A DNA stretch of 64,000 nt from Pseudomonadota bacterium (GCA_027320085.1 DAHVLZ010000010.1:53361-117360); one strand, 5' to 3'. Positions 51,190 to 61,207 are shown, counted from the first letter of the stretch. Numbers and translations: made by a program. Notes: a model not told the origin generated them from the letters alone.

Positions 51190-53096
51190 CAGACTTTCAC
51201 CTCGACCGTGATGCTGGTATCGCAGCCAAACACATCCACGACCTTGACGCAGGCTGTGTACGTGCCCGCCTTCGGATATTTGTGCCCCGCCTCGCTCACC
51301 GTCTTAAGTGATCGGTCCTTGCGAGTCCTGTAGTCCTGCCAATGGTGATTGAACGGTTGCTCCGGGTGCCACTCAAAATCCACAGCCCAGAAATCGATGA
51401 AATCAAAGCCGCTCTTGACTGCCCGTTCCTTCAGAGCCTCCAATTCTTTTGTAGGCACTTCAGCCAGCGACGGCAGGAACTTCGTCAGCTTGATATCCAC
51501 GCTCCGATCATTCTTCTGGCCACGATAGACAGCCTCAGCCTTCAGTACAGCCATTTCGAGGAACGGCGGTGGGTTCTTTCGGTTCCGCTCCATGATCTCG
51601 CGTGGAATCTGAATAAGCTTCAGCTTTACGCCAAGCTCCGACTCTAGGGCCGCGACCGTGAGCCGGAGATCCATTTCGAATTCCCACGCAAGGCAATAGC
51701 ACTCATGCCCTCCGGTGGCGGCGACTGCTTTAGCCACGGCCGCCGCTTCGCCACGCGAAAAGATCGAATCGATACCGTCAACGTGACAGAAAGCACCGCT
51801 CTTGCGGCCGTGGATGAGCGGCGACGGGGTATTCTGCAACACCTCAGCCTGAAAAAACTCCAGAACAACCCGGCGGTGTTCTTCATCGGCGTCCTGCAGC
51901 GAAGCCTTTTGCCACCACTGGCGCTCATAGCGCCCGAGATTATAAACGTCGAAAGCACGATAGCTTTCTTCCTCACTATGAAGCTTGCGCTGCGACTCAA
52001 TAAGGCGCTTCCTGCTCGTATGGATTGCGAAACGCCCCAAGTCAGACATAAGCCAACGCCTCCCCAGCCGTTCTGCAACCGCGCCAGTCGTCCCGGAACC
52101 ACAGAAGAAGTCCGCAACAAGGTCCCCTTCCTTTGAAGCCGCCAGGAGAATCCTTTCAAGAAGCCGTTCATTCTTCTGCGTTGCAAATCCAGTGTTCTGT
52201 GTCTTATCTGCTGGTTGGAGCATCGGTATACGCCAAACGTCATCCACAGTTCGCTCTTCAGCTGTCCGGTAGAGCACGTTTCCCTCTTCATCACGCGCGT
52301 TCACCATCCGTCCACCGACCTTCTTTCGGACTAGCTGTTGGGTCGGTTTCTCCCGTTTTTCCTTTTGCTGTTGAAACTTTGTGAACGCGGCAGGCGATTT
52401 CACAAAATACAGAATGGTATCGTGAGACCTCGGAAACATTGGTTTTCTAACGTCGTGCATTTTGTTGTAGTAGTACCAGATAATCTCGTTGCGAAACCCT
52501 TCTACTCCAAAAGCTTCATTCAGAAGGCACCGAAGGAAATGCCCAACGTGCCAGTCGCAATGGACAAAGATGCTTCCCGTGTCCGAGAGCAGGTCTTTGA
52601 ACAGGCAAAGCCGTTCGTACATCATCTGAAGATATGAGTCTGTCTCTTTTCCCCAGATATCGCTATACGCAACAGCTTCAAGAACTGACTGGTCCTTTTC
52701 CACCGTCTCATTCTCATCGCCAATCGGAACGTCCATTGTGAAATCCGCGCCAACGTCAAACGGCGGATCAATATAGATTAGGTCCACGCTGCCTTTAAAG
52801 TCCTTAAGTAGCGATGCCGTCACAAGCTTGTTGTCGCCCCAAATCAGCATGTTCCTAAAGTCGTCTAGGCGTTTAGTACACTTTTCGAACATGGCCAGTT
52901 GGCCGGCGGCTGCTGCTTCACTCCTGGGTTGATCAATAGTCTCAATCTTTTGCATCGGCATCGTGCAGCCCGCCACGTCCACTTCGCGACGGTTGCCGTA
53001 CTCGTCGTACTTTCCTTCCCAAACCAACTCCGTCCGAAGCTGCGAAAGCGGATGCGGGTTTGCCGGTCCGTAAGTGGGCTTGCCGTTGCTATTCAT
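51189..53096 (-). CDS. mod: Type III Mod DNA methyltransferase (beta class)
   Basis: YIDPPF precedes DFFCGSGTT; coupled to res. Confidence 0.92.
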   Translation of the reverse strand: MNSNGKPTYGPANPHPLSQLRTELVWEGKYDEYGNRREVDVAGCTMPMQKIETIDQPRSEAAAAGQLAMFEKCTKRLDDFRNMLIWGDNKLVTASLLKDFKGSVDLIYIDPPFDVGADFTMDVPIGDENETVEKDQSVLEAVAYSDIWGKETDSYLQMMYERLCLFKDLLSDTGSIFVHCDWHVGHFLRCLLNEAFGVEGFRNEIIWYYYNKMHDVRKPMFPRSHDTILYFVKSPAAFTKFQQQKEKREKPTQQLVRKKVGGRMVNARDEEGNVLYRTAEERTVDDVWRIPMLQPADKTQNTGFATQKNERLLERILLAASKEGDLVADFFCGSGTTGAVAERLGRRWLMSDLGRFAIHTSRKRLIESQRKLHSEEESYRAFDVYNLGRYERQWWQKASLQDADEEHRRVVLEFFQAEVLQNTPSPLIHGRKSGAFCHVDGIDSIFSRGEAAAVAKAVAATGGHECYCLAWEFEMDLRLTVAALESELGVKLKLIQIPREIMERNRKNPPPFLEMAVLKAEAVYRGQKNDRSVDIKLTKFLPSLAEVPTKELEALKERAVKSGFDFIDFWAVDFEWHPEQPFNHHWQDYRTRKDRSLKTVSEAGHKYPKAGTYTACVKVVDVFGCDTSITVEVKV

Positions 53097-53299
53097 TCCC
53101 TGTTCGCGCTCCTGCTCTTTTCATCAACGACGTACCGTTCCGCCGCGTCCCTTACGACCCAAGCCAGTGAGACCTTTTTTTGCCTTGCTAGTCCCTGAAG
53201 CGTCCCGTAGAGATCGGGCTGGAAGCTGATCGACGCACGCACCCAATGGGCGTTTGCAGCCCTTCCGCTTCCTTTTTCCGCCTTTTTCTTGTTCATCAT
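53093..53299 (-). CDS. Ribbon-helix-helix (CopG-like) regulator
   Basis: VRASISF...KKVSLAWVVRDA; overlaps the mod start. Confidence 0.75.
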   Translation of the reverse strand: MMNKKKAEKGSGRAANAHWVRASISFQPDLYGTLQGLARQKKVSLAWVVRDAAERYVVDEKSRSANRE

Positions 53300-53607
53300 C
53301 AGGCACCCCAGAATATGTCTTCACCACTGTACACCACCCCGGTGAATATGCAAATCGCCCATTCGCTACCGGCGTTTGCTCGATTCGCCTTTTCCTGCCG
53401 CTCCTGACTTCGTGACAGTTGATCATAACGTTCTGCGACTTTAGCTGCGCGCGCGGAGCCGGTCAACGGGCGGCCCGCTCCATTCGCGCAAGAATTGCGC
53501 TCCCGTGTTGCCAGTTTCCCCTTCGGCCTTCGGCCTCCGGGTGGCCGGCTCGCTTGTCCGCGCGGCTGTCCTGTCTCCGCAGTGATGAACCCACGAAGGA
53601 GACGACA

Positions 53608-53965
53608 AGGAAACTTCTTACATCTGAACTCAAAGCCCGCCTGCTGGAGAACGGCCGCAGGCAGGAGCCCGTCTGCGGCACGCACGATGAAATCGACTTC
53701 TGGCCTGTCGTGAAGCTGTTTACGCCGGACGCCGGCTTGCACCTGGCTTCTGACCGAAATCGACCCCGAGGACCCCGATATCGCCTTTGGCCTCTGCGAC
53801 CTCGGTATGGGGTTTCCAGAACTTGGCTCCGTGAGCTTGGCCGAACTCGCTTCGTTGCGCGGGCAGCTTGGCCTGCCGGTCGAGCGCGACCTGCACTTCG
53901 AGGCCAAGAAGCCGTTCTCGACTTACGCGGCGGAAGCCTCCAGTTCCGGCCACATCAGGGCATGA
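53608..53965 (+). pseudogene. DUF2958-like protein, start lost and frameshifted
   Basis: PVVKLFTPDA then, in another frame, TWLLTEIDP..DIAFGLCDLGMGFPELGSV...GLPVERDLHF; AGG replaces ATG after the AAGGAG RBS. Confidence 0.75.
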
Positions 53966-54066
53966 GGCGCGCCATCACGAATATCACCGCTTCTCATCGC
54001 GAAACCTTCGAGGCGTTGCGAGACGCCTCTTTCCAGAACTCCTTTCCTGTGCCCGTACAAGCAAAC

Positions 54067-54167
54067 AATGTCGCCGACCGCTGACATTTCGGAATGTCGT
54101 CGAGCGATGACTTTTTGCATTGTCGCCGATCGCCGACTTTGATACAATGTCAACGTACGCTGACATC
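54067..54167 (+). promoter_or_regulatory. Four tandem palindromic operators
   Basis: TGTC-N10-GAC units at 54067, 54093, 54119 and 54146 (26-27 bp period) upstream of a HipB-like HTH. Confidence 0.7.
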
Positions 54168-54187
54168 TGGCGCAGCAGGAGGACAAA

Positions 54188-54315
54188 ATGCGCATTCGAA
54201 CACCGGCTGACCTTGGGGCTCTTATTCGGGACCACCGCATCAGGCTTGGTCTGGATCAGAAGTCTCTGGCTGGGAAAGTTGGCGTCAGCCGGCAGTGGAT
54301 CGTCGACGTGGAGAT
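54188..54315 (+). pseudogene. HipB-like HTH antitoxin fragment
   Basis: Manual translation MRIRTPADLGALIRDHR..LGLDQKSLAGKVGVSRQWIVDVE; AGGAGG RBS; no hipA follows. Confidence 0.7.
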
Positions 54316-54495
54316 TGCTGGCCGGTGCTGTGCAACGCGCGCCGGCTTTGGCTCCAAAACCTGATACTTTTTCGTCCGCCCTCAACCTGTGCCGGGCTGC
54401 CCGAAAAACTGTGATAAGAATTACCCGACCACACGACAGCCAAAATGAACGGAAGCCGACACCTAACTTTCGAGTGATGGGGTAACGCCTTCCGC

Positions 54496-54951
54496 TTACC
54501 TGCCTGAAAGGAACTTGCTAATCAGTAACGCCCGGGCGCTCTCATCGCTCCAGAGAAGTCGTTCGGGGTTGCCCTTCTCGATAGTGTGCCTTTTTCGACG
54601 TACCGGCATGTTCTGCGCCAGAGCCGGAACCTTACAGCCAAACTTTTTACTCACTACGGAGCAACAGCGAACCAGAAGATCAAGCCACTCTCCCTCGGCC
54701 CGCATCACTTCGGCGATGACCACGCGGTCGCCGATATGCACGGCACGGTCGTTCCGCCTGCGGCTGCGCTTTTCCCACACGGCTTCTTTCCACCGAATGA
54801 CATCCGCCTCGATGAACCCGCTACCGCAAGGAATCCACTTCGCCGCCACGTTTTCTGCTTTCTTTACGCTCCCCTTTCTCACAAGACCGCATTTACCTCT
54901 TTGCCGCAAGGGTTTAGCGCCGGCAGACGGCTTCTGCCATTCTGAATTCAC
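54496..54951 (-). CDS. Hypothetical basic protein
   Basis: 151-aa ORF with plausible composition; no motif recognised. Confidence 0.4.
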   Translation of the reverse strand: MNSEWQKPSAGAKPLRQRGKCGLVRKGSVKKAENVAAKWIPCGSGFIEADVIRWKEAVWEKRSRRRNDRAVHIGDRVVIAEVMRAEGEWLDLLVRCCSVVSKKFGCKVPALAQNMPVRRKRHTIEKGNPERLLWSDESARALLISKFLSGR

Positions 54952-55227
54952 TGTCGCAAAGTAGCGTTATTTGATACTTTGTGCCGGAGACATGTTGCTA
55001 TGGAAAAGGTTTCAAAACGACATGCCAGAATCTGTTTGAAATTCCCAGATGTCTTACACACTTACTTACACATTTTCATATTTTACGCATGTAAGCGTTC
55101 GATATTGACGCAGCGTTTTACAGTTTACAGGTATTCAGGTGGTAAAATACGATTCTTGTGAAATGGGGCATGGACCGAGACACGTATCGGTATTTGCGTA
55201 CTCTCGTACCGATAGGGAAACACAACG

Positions 55228-56100
55228 ATGCCGCGAACAGTGGACGAAGGTTTCCGGGACTTCCTTACAAAGCTTACCCCAAGCACTACCGAATCTCAGA
55301 CGGCCAAGAACCATCGGGCGTCCCTCAACGCCTGCCTCACGAACAATTTCCGCCTGAAGCGCTTTGTCCGGATCGGGTCATTTGGCAACGGCACCAGCAT
55401 TTCCGGGTTCAGTGATGTGGATTTTCTCGCCTCTCTTCCTAGAGACCAGCTCACACAGAATTCAACATCGTCCCTGACGAAAGTTCGCAATGCCCTCGAC
55501 GTGCGATTTCCCAATACGGGCGTGACCGTGCGCTGCCCCGCTGTTGTCGTGCCCTTCGGAAGCACAAAGGCCGAAACAACGGAGGTCGTCCCTGCGGGTT
55601 ATGTTCGCGAGGCGAATGGGAACAAAATCTATGACATTGCTGATTGTGCGGGCGGGTGGATGAAAGCGAGTCCGGATGCACATAACAAATACGTGCGGAC
55701 GGTCGACGGAAAGCTCAATGGCAAGGTGAAGCCTTTGGTGCGTTTCATCAAGGCGTGGAAGTATTATCGTGACGTGCCGATTTCGTCTTTCTACCTCGAA
55801 CTGCGGGTTGCGAAATATGCGGCCGACGAGCTAACAATCGTCTATGACTTAGATGTGAAGGGAATCCTTTGCCAGCTTCGTGATTCGCAGCTTGCCGCAA
55901 TGCAAGACCCTGAAGGCATTTCGGGATACATCCCTGCGTGCAAGACTGACGCTGCTCGTGGCGACGCCCTCTCGAAGCTCAACACAGCAGCTATTCGGGC
56001 CGAGAAGGCACAAGAGGCAGCCAGCAACGGCGACATCTCGGCTGCATTCGATTCGTGGAGACTTCTTTATAACAACAAGTTCCCGACGTATTACTACTGA
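55228..56100 (+). CDS. SMODS / cGAS-DncV-like nucleotidyltransferase (CBASS-type cyclase)
   Basis: GSFGNGTSISGFSDVD, EVVPA, VRFIKAWK, SSFYLE, DP.G. Confidence 0.88.
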   Translation: MPRTVDEGFRDFLTKLTPSTTESQTAKNHRASLNACLTNNFRLKRFVRIGSFGNGTSISGFSDVDFLASLPRDQLTQNSTSSLTKVRNALDVRFPNTGVTVRCPAVVVPFGSTKAETTEVVPAGYVREANGNKIYDIADCAGGWMKASPDAHNKYVRTVDGKLNGKVKPLVRFIKAWKYYRDVPISSFYLELRVAKYAADELTIVYDLDVKGILCQLRDSQLAAMQDPEGISGYIPACKTDAARGDALSKLNTAAIRAEKAQEAASNGDISAAFDSWRLLYNNKFPTYYY

Positions 56101-56106
56101 CAGTGT

Positions 56107-56977
56107 GTGATTGCGACCGAACAAAACATGGACAAGCAACTCCAGCGCCTTGCCGCACAACGCCAGCTCTATACGACGGCAAAGAAGGTGTTCGCCGCGC
56201 AGGCCGTCGTGAGCGGCCCTGTTGCCGTCGCGACGGCTTTTGGGGTAATCATTGATCCTGCGTCCAAGGGCTACGTAGCGCTGTGGGGAATCAGCTGCGC
56301 AAATACAAGAAGCCTTCGACTGCGATGTCTTGTCCCTTCCCTGGAATGACCTGAAAGCGGGAAAAAGACCCGACCCGGAGTTGATCAAAGAGCAGGCGGA
56401 CAAGTATCAGAATTGGGCCGCACGAATGCCACCCCTTAAAAACTGGTACGCGGCAGCCGTCGATGAGCTCCCCCTACACATCGGCCGCGTTGCTTGCCAG
56501 CGTTCTAACTGCTGGTGGGACTCCAGACAGCGCCGCCGCTACGCTACTTCGGTCATCACGATGCTCGTCGTCGTGGTCATCGTCATTCTTGTCCCGGCAC
56601 TACGCAATAGGTTCAGCGTCGAAGACTTTGTCTTGAAGGTCGCAGCACCCCTTGCCCCGGCTTTTCTTCTTGGCATTTGGCAATTCAGGGAGCAAATGGA
56701 AGCGGCGTCGCGCCTTGACAAACTAAAGGAGCATTCCGAACGCCTTTGGGACGATACCCTTTCAGGCTTGTCCGTTGCTGAGGCCTCCGCCAAGGCGCGT
56801 GTCCTTCAGGATGAAATTTTCGAGAACCGCCGCAAGAGCCCACTCGTCTTTGACTGGATTTACAAGCGGCTTCAGCGCGATTACGAGCTTCAGATGAACC
56901 ACGGCGTTGCTGAGCTTGTGGCTGATGCGAAGAGCAGGCTTGCACTTGCACAACGCTCTCCCCACCCTCCGCAATAG
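56107..56977 (+). pseudogene. SMODS-associated 4TM (S-4TM-like) effector, split
   Basis: RLAAQRQLY..AK in frame 1; AAQIQEAFDCDVL.LPWN, NWY, CQRSN.WWD, LQDEIF..R in frame 2; break at ~56290. Confidence 0.8.
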
Positions 56978-57367
56978 CGCATTCGGCCTGTTTCCCAGCC
57001 GGTTTCTTGTTGTCACCGTTCTCCCGAAGGCTCGTGTGCCCAAACCCCTCTTGGATTTTCTGAGCCCTGCCACGCGCGGTCGCTTCTGGCGTGCAACAGG
57101 AAGCCTCGGTTCCCCCTGAAGGTCTCCCCCAATTTTCCTGTACGACGCCGCGCCTTGGCGCATGGCCGACGGGACACATCCCTTCGGGGATTAGTTCAAA
57201 CACGAAAAAGGAGAAGCAACTATGACAACGCAAACTGAAACCGCCAAGGAAAAACAGGTTCTTCTCTTGCTTCAAGAAGAGCGCATTTGATTGTTTCGGG
57301 CAATATGCTGAATGCAACGAATCTTACTAACCTTCTGGAAACGATTACCACCGTATGCGGAGTATTG

Positions 57368-58180
57368 TTATTTTTTGCCCTTCCAGGGCTCGCCAAGCAG
57401 GCGCTCGATGAGGCTTGAGGAAACGATTGGCGCAGCCTTCTCAATGTTCCATTCAAATCCCGTCGCAAGAAGCGGGCCGATATCGGCGGCAAATTCCGCG
57501 TCCGCGAGCTTGTCCGCTAGATTTCTCTCAAACAACGCGCGCGTCACGCGATGGCCCTCGTGCTCCATGTATTTTGAGAAAGCCTCGACAATGCGCTCTG
57601 GACTGACATTTGAATGCTGGAGCGCCGTCGCCAGGTCAAACAAGTCGCGGCCCCACTTGCGCTGATACAAGGCCCGCATTTTTGTGCCGAGCAGTTCATC
57701 CAGCTCATAGCTGTGAATTTCGCATCTTCCGGTGAACCATCTTGAATCGACGGCAAATGGAATTTTCTTGAGGCCATAGACCGCGAAATGTTCCCGCGAG
57801 TTGATCTCAACTTTCAATTTCAGAGGGATGGAAGGCGTGTTCCCGGAATTGAATTTATAAACAAACGTGACGCGCCCCTCGGATTGCTTCCATTGCGGTT
57901 CACCCAGCCATGGGTTGAGGACGGCACGCAGCGCGTCCATGATCGGCCCGGCTGGCTCTGCGCGCACTTGCACAAGATCAATGTCCTCCGAATAACGCGC
58001 GGGTTTCATATGGAGCTTGTAAAGCGCAGTGCCGCCCCGAAATGCCAGGGCGTCTTTCAATGTCGCGTGCGAGAAAACCTCAACCAAGGCCCGGCTGATA
58101 ACGAGGTCTTGCTCCACCTGCGCGTCCTGAACCCAGGGAGCGTGGGCACGCCATTCTGTGATGTAGTCGCGCGAGATCAC
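57368..58180 (-). CDS. abiEii: AbiEii nucleotidyltransferase toxin
   Basis: FRGGTAL.K, RYSEDID, K.RALYQR..GRDLFD. Confidence 0.9.
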   Translation of the reverse strand: MISRDYITEWRAHAPWVQDAQVEQDLVISRALVEVFSHATLKDALAFRGGTALYKLHMKPARYSEDIDLVQVRAEPAGPIMDALRAVLNPWLGEPQWKQSEGRVTFVYKFNSGNTPSIPLKLKVEINSREHFAVYGLKKIPFAVDSRWFTGRCEIHSYELDELLGTKMRALYQRKWGRDLFDLATALQHSNVSPERIVEAFSKYMEHEGHRVTRALFERNLADKLADAEFAADIGPLLATGFEWNIEKAAPIVSSSLIERLLGEPWKGKK

Positions 58181-58986
58181 AGCTCACTCCGGATATTTGC
58201 ATTGACGTAGAGTTTCCAACTCTTGTTGTAATGGGCCCGTTTTTGCGGCGCTTTGGGCAGCAGAATCGCCGACTCCCGCGCATGCTTGCGCACGTATTCC
58301 TTGAGAGCGTGGGTTTTTGAGCCGAAGCCCATATGCTCCAGAAGATAGCCGAGGCGCTGGACCCATGGAACGGGGGCAGTGTTCGCCACGGCAGCCAGCC
58401 TTTGCTCGTCCAGCCGTTCGACAAGTTCGGACAAGACAGTCGCCACCTGAGCGAGTCCGCCCGCCCGGTGCGCGTAGCCGACAAGGTCTAGCGCGGTTGC
58501 TTCCGGTGAAGAAACCGCAAGCGGCCCGCGCGGGGTATCAAAGTTTTGCAGAGGCACATCGCCCAGGCGCTTGCGCGCAAAGAAAGCGACGCGCACCGCG
58601 CCGCATTTGATCGGCCTGCGGTTCTTTGGCAAGAAGACCTGGAATTCCTGTGGCCGCTGGTGGGCAGCGCCGTAATATTGCGCCGCTGAGAGCAGCCCCA
58701 CATAATAAGGTTTTTTGGGGCGCTTCATAAGTTCCGGAATGAATTGATCCGCTGGAAGGGAACCGAGCGAGCGGTATTCCGGGGGAACGATAACGTAGAA
58801 GCCGCGTGCAGGAGAGGCGATGAGCTTTTGCTTGGCAAGGCGGTTCAAGGCGAGCTTGGCGGCAGCAGCGGAGACACCCATCTCCGCCTGGGCCTCACGG
58901 GAAGAGAAGTGATAAACTCCTCTGGCCTGAAGGCCGCCTATATAAGCCCGAATCCACTCATGTTTGAATTCCGATTTCACTCGCAT
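58177..58986 (-). CDS. abiEi: AbiEi antitoxin
   Basis: wHTH with RGFYVIVP, YYVGLLSAA..YGA.HQ, SSPEATALD, QRLGYL. Confidence 0.9.
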   Translation of the reverse strand: MRVKSEFKHEWIRAYIGGLQARGVYHFSSREAQAEMGVSAAAAKLALNRLAKQKLIASPARGFYVIVPPEYRSLGSLPADQFIPELMKRPKKPYYVGLLSAAQYYGAAHQRPQEFQVFLPKNRRPIKCGAVRVAFFARKRLGDVPLQNFDTPRGPLAVSSPEATALDLVGYAHRAGGLAQVATVLSELVERLDEQRLAAVANTAPVPWVQRLGYLLEHMGFGSKTHALKEYVRKHARESAILLPKAPQKRAHYNKSWKLYVNANIRSEL

Positions 58987-59013
58987 AAAGTATCACTATT
59001 CGATACTTTACGC
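58983..59013. promoter_or_regulatory. Probable AbiEi operator
   Basis: Inverted repeat GCATAAAGTATC-N7-GATACTTTACGC (1 mismatch) overlapping the start codon. Confidence 0.65.
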
Positions 59014-59167
59014 AAGCAATTCCGGTATATTGCGGCGGCAGCACGAATCAATTAGCTGAAAGCCTTTGAAATACATGATTTTTCAGAATGCTTACACATT
59101 TACCTACACACTTTCACATTGTACGATAATACTCCAATATAATCATATACTTATAGATTGTCGCTAA

Positions 59168-59225
59168 GGACTCAAAATCCGGTTGGGGAAACCCGGTGAG
59201 GGTTCGATTCCCTCCCCCGGCACCA
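59168..59225 (+). repeat. attR: 3' portion of tRNA-Leu(CAA)
   Basis: 57/58 match to 38049-38106, starting in the anticodon stem. Confidence 0.95.
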
Positions 59226-59384
59226 ATAGGCTCTCTCACGCGCTGGACTGGCGGAGCGCGCTGGGAAATGCCGCGGCGTAGAGCGTCTTCTCCTCGTGTC
59301 ACACAGTTACCAGCCTGAGCGGCTGGCAGTCTGAGCCTCACCGGACCTGTGGCATGAGTCCGTTCGGAGTGCTCCCGCTCCAGG

Positions 59385-60596
59385 TCAGCGTCCCTGTTTC
59401 CCTCGCTGCCGAGCAGGTGTCGCCACGCGATCTGCCATATAGGTCTCATCGATTTTGTGATTTTTCAAGATCTTGGTGACGACGTCGCAGTGCTCGACGG
59501 CCGTGCTGTGAATCGTCGTGAGCAGCCATCCGACAATCGCCCGACAAAAGCCGGGAAGGTCCCGGGTTGCGACACCATGCGAAACACCAGGCAAGAACGA
59601 GACAGAAGCTCGCGGGGTCTTTCCTGCCAGATCTTCAATCTCCTTGGGCGTGGTCACCACATCGGATTCCCCGCCGAGGTACAAAACCGGAACCCTGATC
59701 TGCCCCACCACCAAGGCGGGAGCGGCGGACACGGCGGCGAAGCCGGCCAGTGCGCCTGCCCTCTTCTCCGCGATAGCCCATTTCACCGCGTGAATACCGG
59801 GATGCAACCAGCCGCGAGCCTTGGCGTACCGGGGGATGGCTTCCCGCATGCTTGACCAGGGTGCAATGGCGATCACCCCATCGGGCTGGGGATTGTGGGC
59901 CGCTGCCATGAGCGCCACGCCCGCACCATAGGACACCCCGAAATACAAAAGTGGCTTCACCAGAAGATGGCGGCTCTTCAGCAGGGCGACCAGACGACGG
60001 ATATCACCGGCATCCTTCGTGCCCCAGGTCAGGTATCGGGCCTTCGAGCTCCCCTGCCCGCGCAGGTTGACAACAATGGCATTCCATCCCATGCGGGCAA
60101 AGAACAGTGCCCATGGGATCAAACTATCCTTATCCAACCCGTATGCAGGCATCATGATGATGGTGCCCTTGGGCGGGATGGGCTTGAGCTTCGAGATCCA
60201 GCTCCTCAAAATGGAGTGGGTTCCCGCCAGCCCGGTCGCGAGCCCGATGCTCTCCAGAAAAGAGGGCTCGGGGAGCTTCAGGAGGACGAACGATTCTGTC
60301 CCTCCCTTCTGTCCCGCTCGATAGGAAATCCCAAGTTTGAAATCATAACGTCGGGGTGCAATCAGACTGGCGTTCAGGTCATCGATCTTTCGGTTGGGAA
60401 TATAGAGGTGGCCCTTCCTGACGTAAAGCGGTTTGGCCAAAGCTGCTAATTTATGTCCCGCCGCCTTGTTTCCCGGGGGGCTCACGATTCGTTTGGCCAG
60501 AAAGGAGGGACTCATATGCCCCGTGAGGGGCAGGACCATGAGGGCCGCGACAATTACGCGATCACGTCCCGTAAGTCTTTTGGCGGTGGTCGACAT
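59385..60596 (-). CDS. Alpha/beta hydrolase, probably exported
   Basis: Hydrophobic N-terminus, NLRGQG.S, GVSYGAG nucleophile, D and H triad residues; GGAGG RBS before 60596. Confidence 0.8.
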   Translation of the reverse strand: MSTTAKRLTGRDRVIVAALMVLPLTGHMSPSFLAKRIVSPPGNKAAGHKLAALAKPLYVRKGHLYIPNRKIDDLNASLIAPRRYDFKLGISYRAGQKGGTESFVLLKLPEPSFLESIGLATGLAGTHSILRSWISKLKPIPPKGTIIMMPAYGLDKDSLIPWALFFARMGWNAIVVNLRGQGSSKARYLTWGTKDAGDIRRLVALLKSRHLLVKPLLYFGVSYGAGVALMAAAHNPQPDGVIAIAPWSSMREAIPRYAKARGWLHPGIHAVKWAIAEKRAGALAGFAAVSAAPALVVGQIRVPVLYLGGESDVVTTPKEIEDLAGKTPRASVSFLPGVSHGVATRDLPGFCRAIVGWLLTTIHSTAVEHCDVVTKILKNHKIDETYMADRVATPARQRGKQGR

Positions 60597-60993
60597 TTCG
60601 CATCCTCCCGGACCCGCGACATGGACCCGAACACGAGGTCTGGGCACCAGTCCTGCAAGTTGATGTTTTGAGGGCATACTCCATCCTTCCAATTCGTCTT
60701 GCTGTGTCATGAACCTAGCCTTCCGGCGGACCTTCCGCAACACGGACACCGGGTCGGCACGTGCGAGGAGGTGCGCCACGAACAAGTGATGCAGACGCCC
60801 TCTCGCTGGTGGTTTGTCCAACCGCACCTGGATCACTTGTTCAGTCTTGCGTGAATGGCGACGATCCCAAAGCAGCTCCGCCGGTTCCCAGAATGCGGTC
60901 ACAAGTGGGACGCACTCGACGTCACCAGGGATTGCCATCCAGTGCTGCGCTTTCGGCACTCGAACCCCAGGATGTCCGCCTCGGGGGACGGAT

Positions 60994-61053
60994 GTGAGGG
61001 GTCGATGCCCTCCCCCGGCACCAATAGGTTTTCTCACTCACTCCCGCTCTGTC
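60994..61053 (+). repeat. Second degenerate att copy of the tRNA-Leu 3' end plus downstream flank
   Basis: GTGAGGGGTCGATGCCCTCCCCCGGCACCA...TTTCTCACTCACTCCCGCTCTGTC matches ~38077-38136. Confidence 0.88.
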
Positions 61054-61207
61054 CATTACTTGATGAACGAGTGTAGCAGACGGCATGGGCCGCAAGGAGC
61101 CCGGGCGGGCTGCTTGGGGCGTTGATCTTGGGGGGCACCGATGCAGGGGGGATTGCGATACACTGCAGAGGTGCGCAGCCGGTTGGGCGAATCAGGGAGA
61201 AACAAAG

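Larger units (their letters stand above)
38049..59225 (+). mobile_element. Integrative defence island in tRNA-Leu(CAA)
   Basis: 58-bp direct repeat 38049-38106 vs 59168-59225 (1 mismatch), integrase at the left end, visibly lower GC, defence cargo. Confidence 0.93.

Noticed and set aside
54067-54167. Mini-CRISPR array
   Set aside because: Units are degenerate palindromes separated by only 4-5 bp; they fit operators.
59168-59225. Third functional tRNA-Leu
   Set aside because: Lacks the 5' acceptor strand and D-arm; it is attR.
60597-61037. N-terminal extension of the 550-aa ORF 59385-61037
   Set aside because: Crosses the att repeat; a GGAGG RBS supports the start at 60596.
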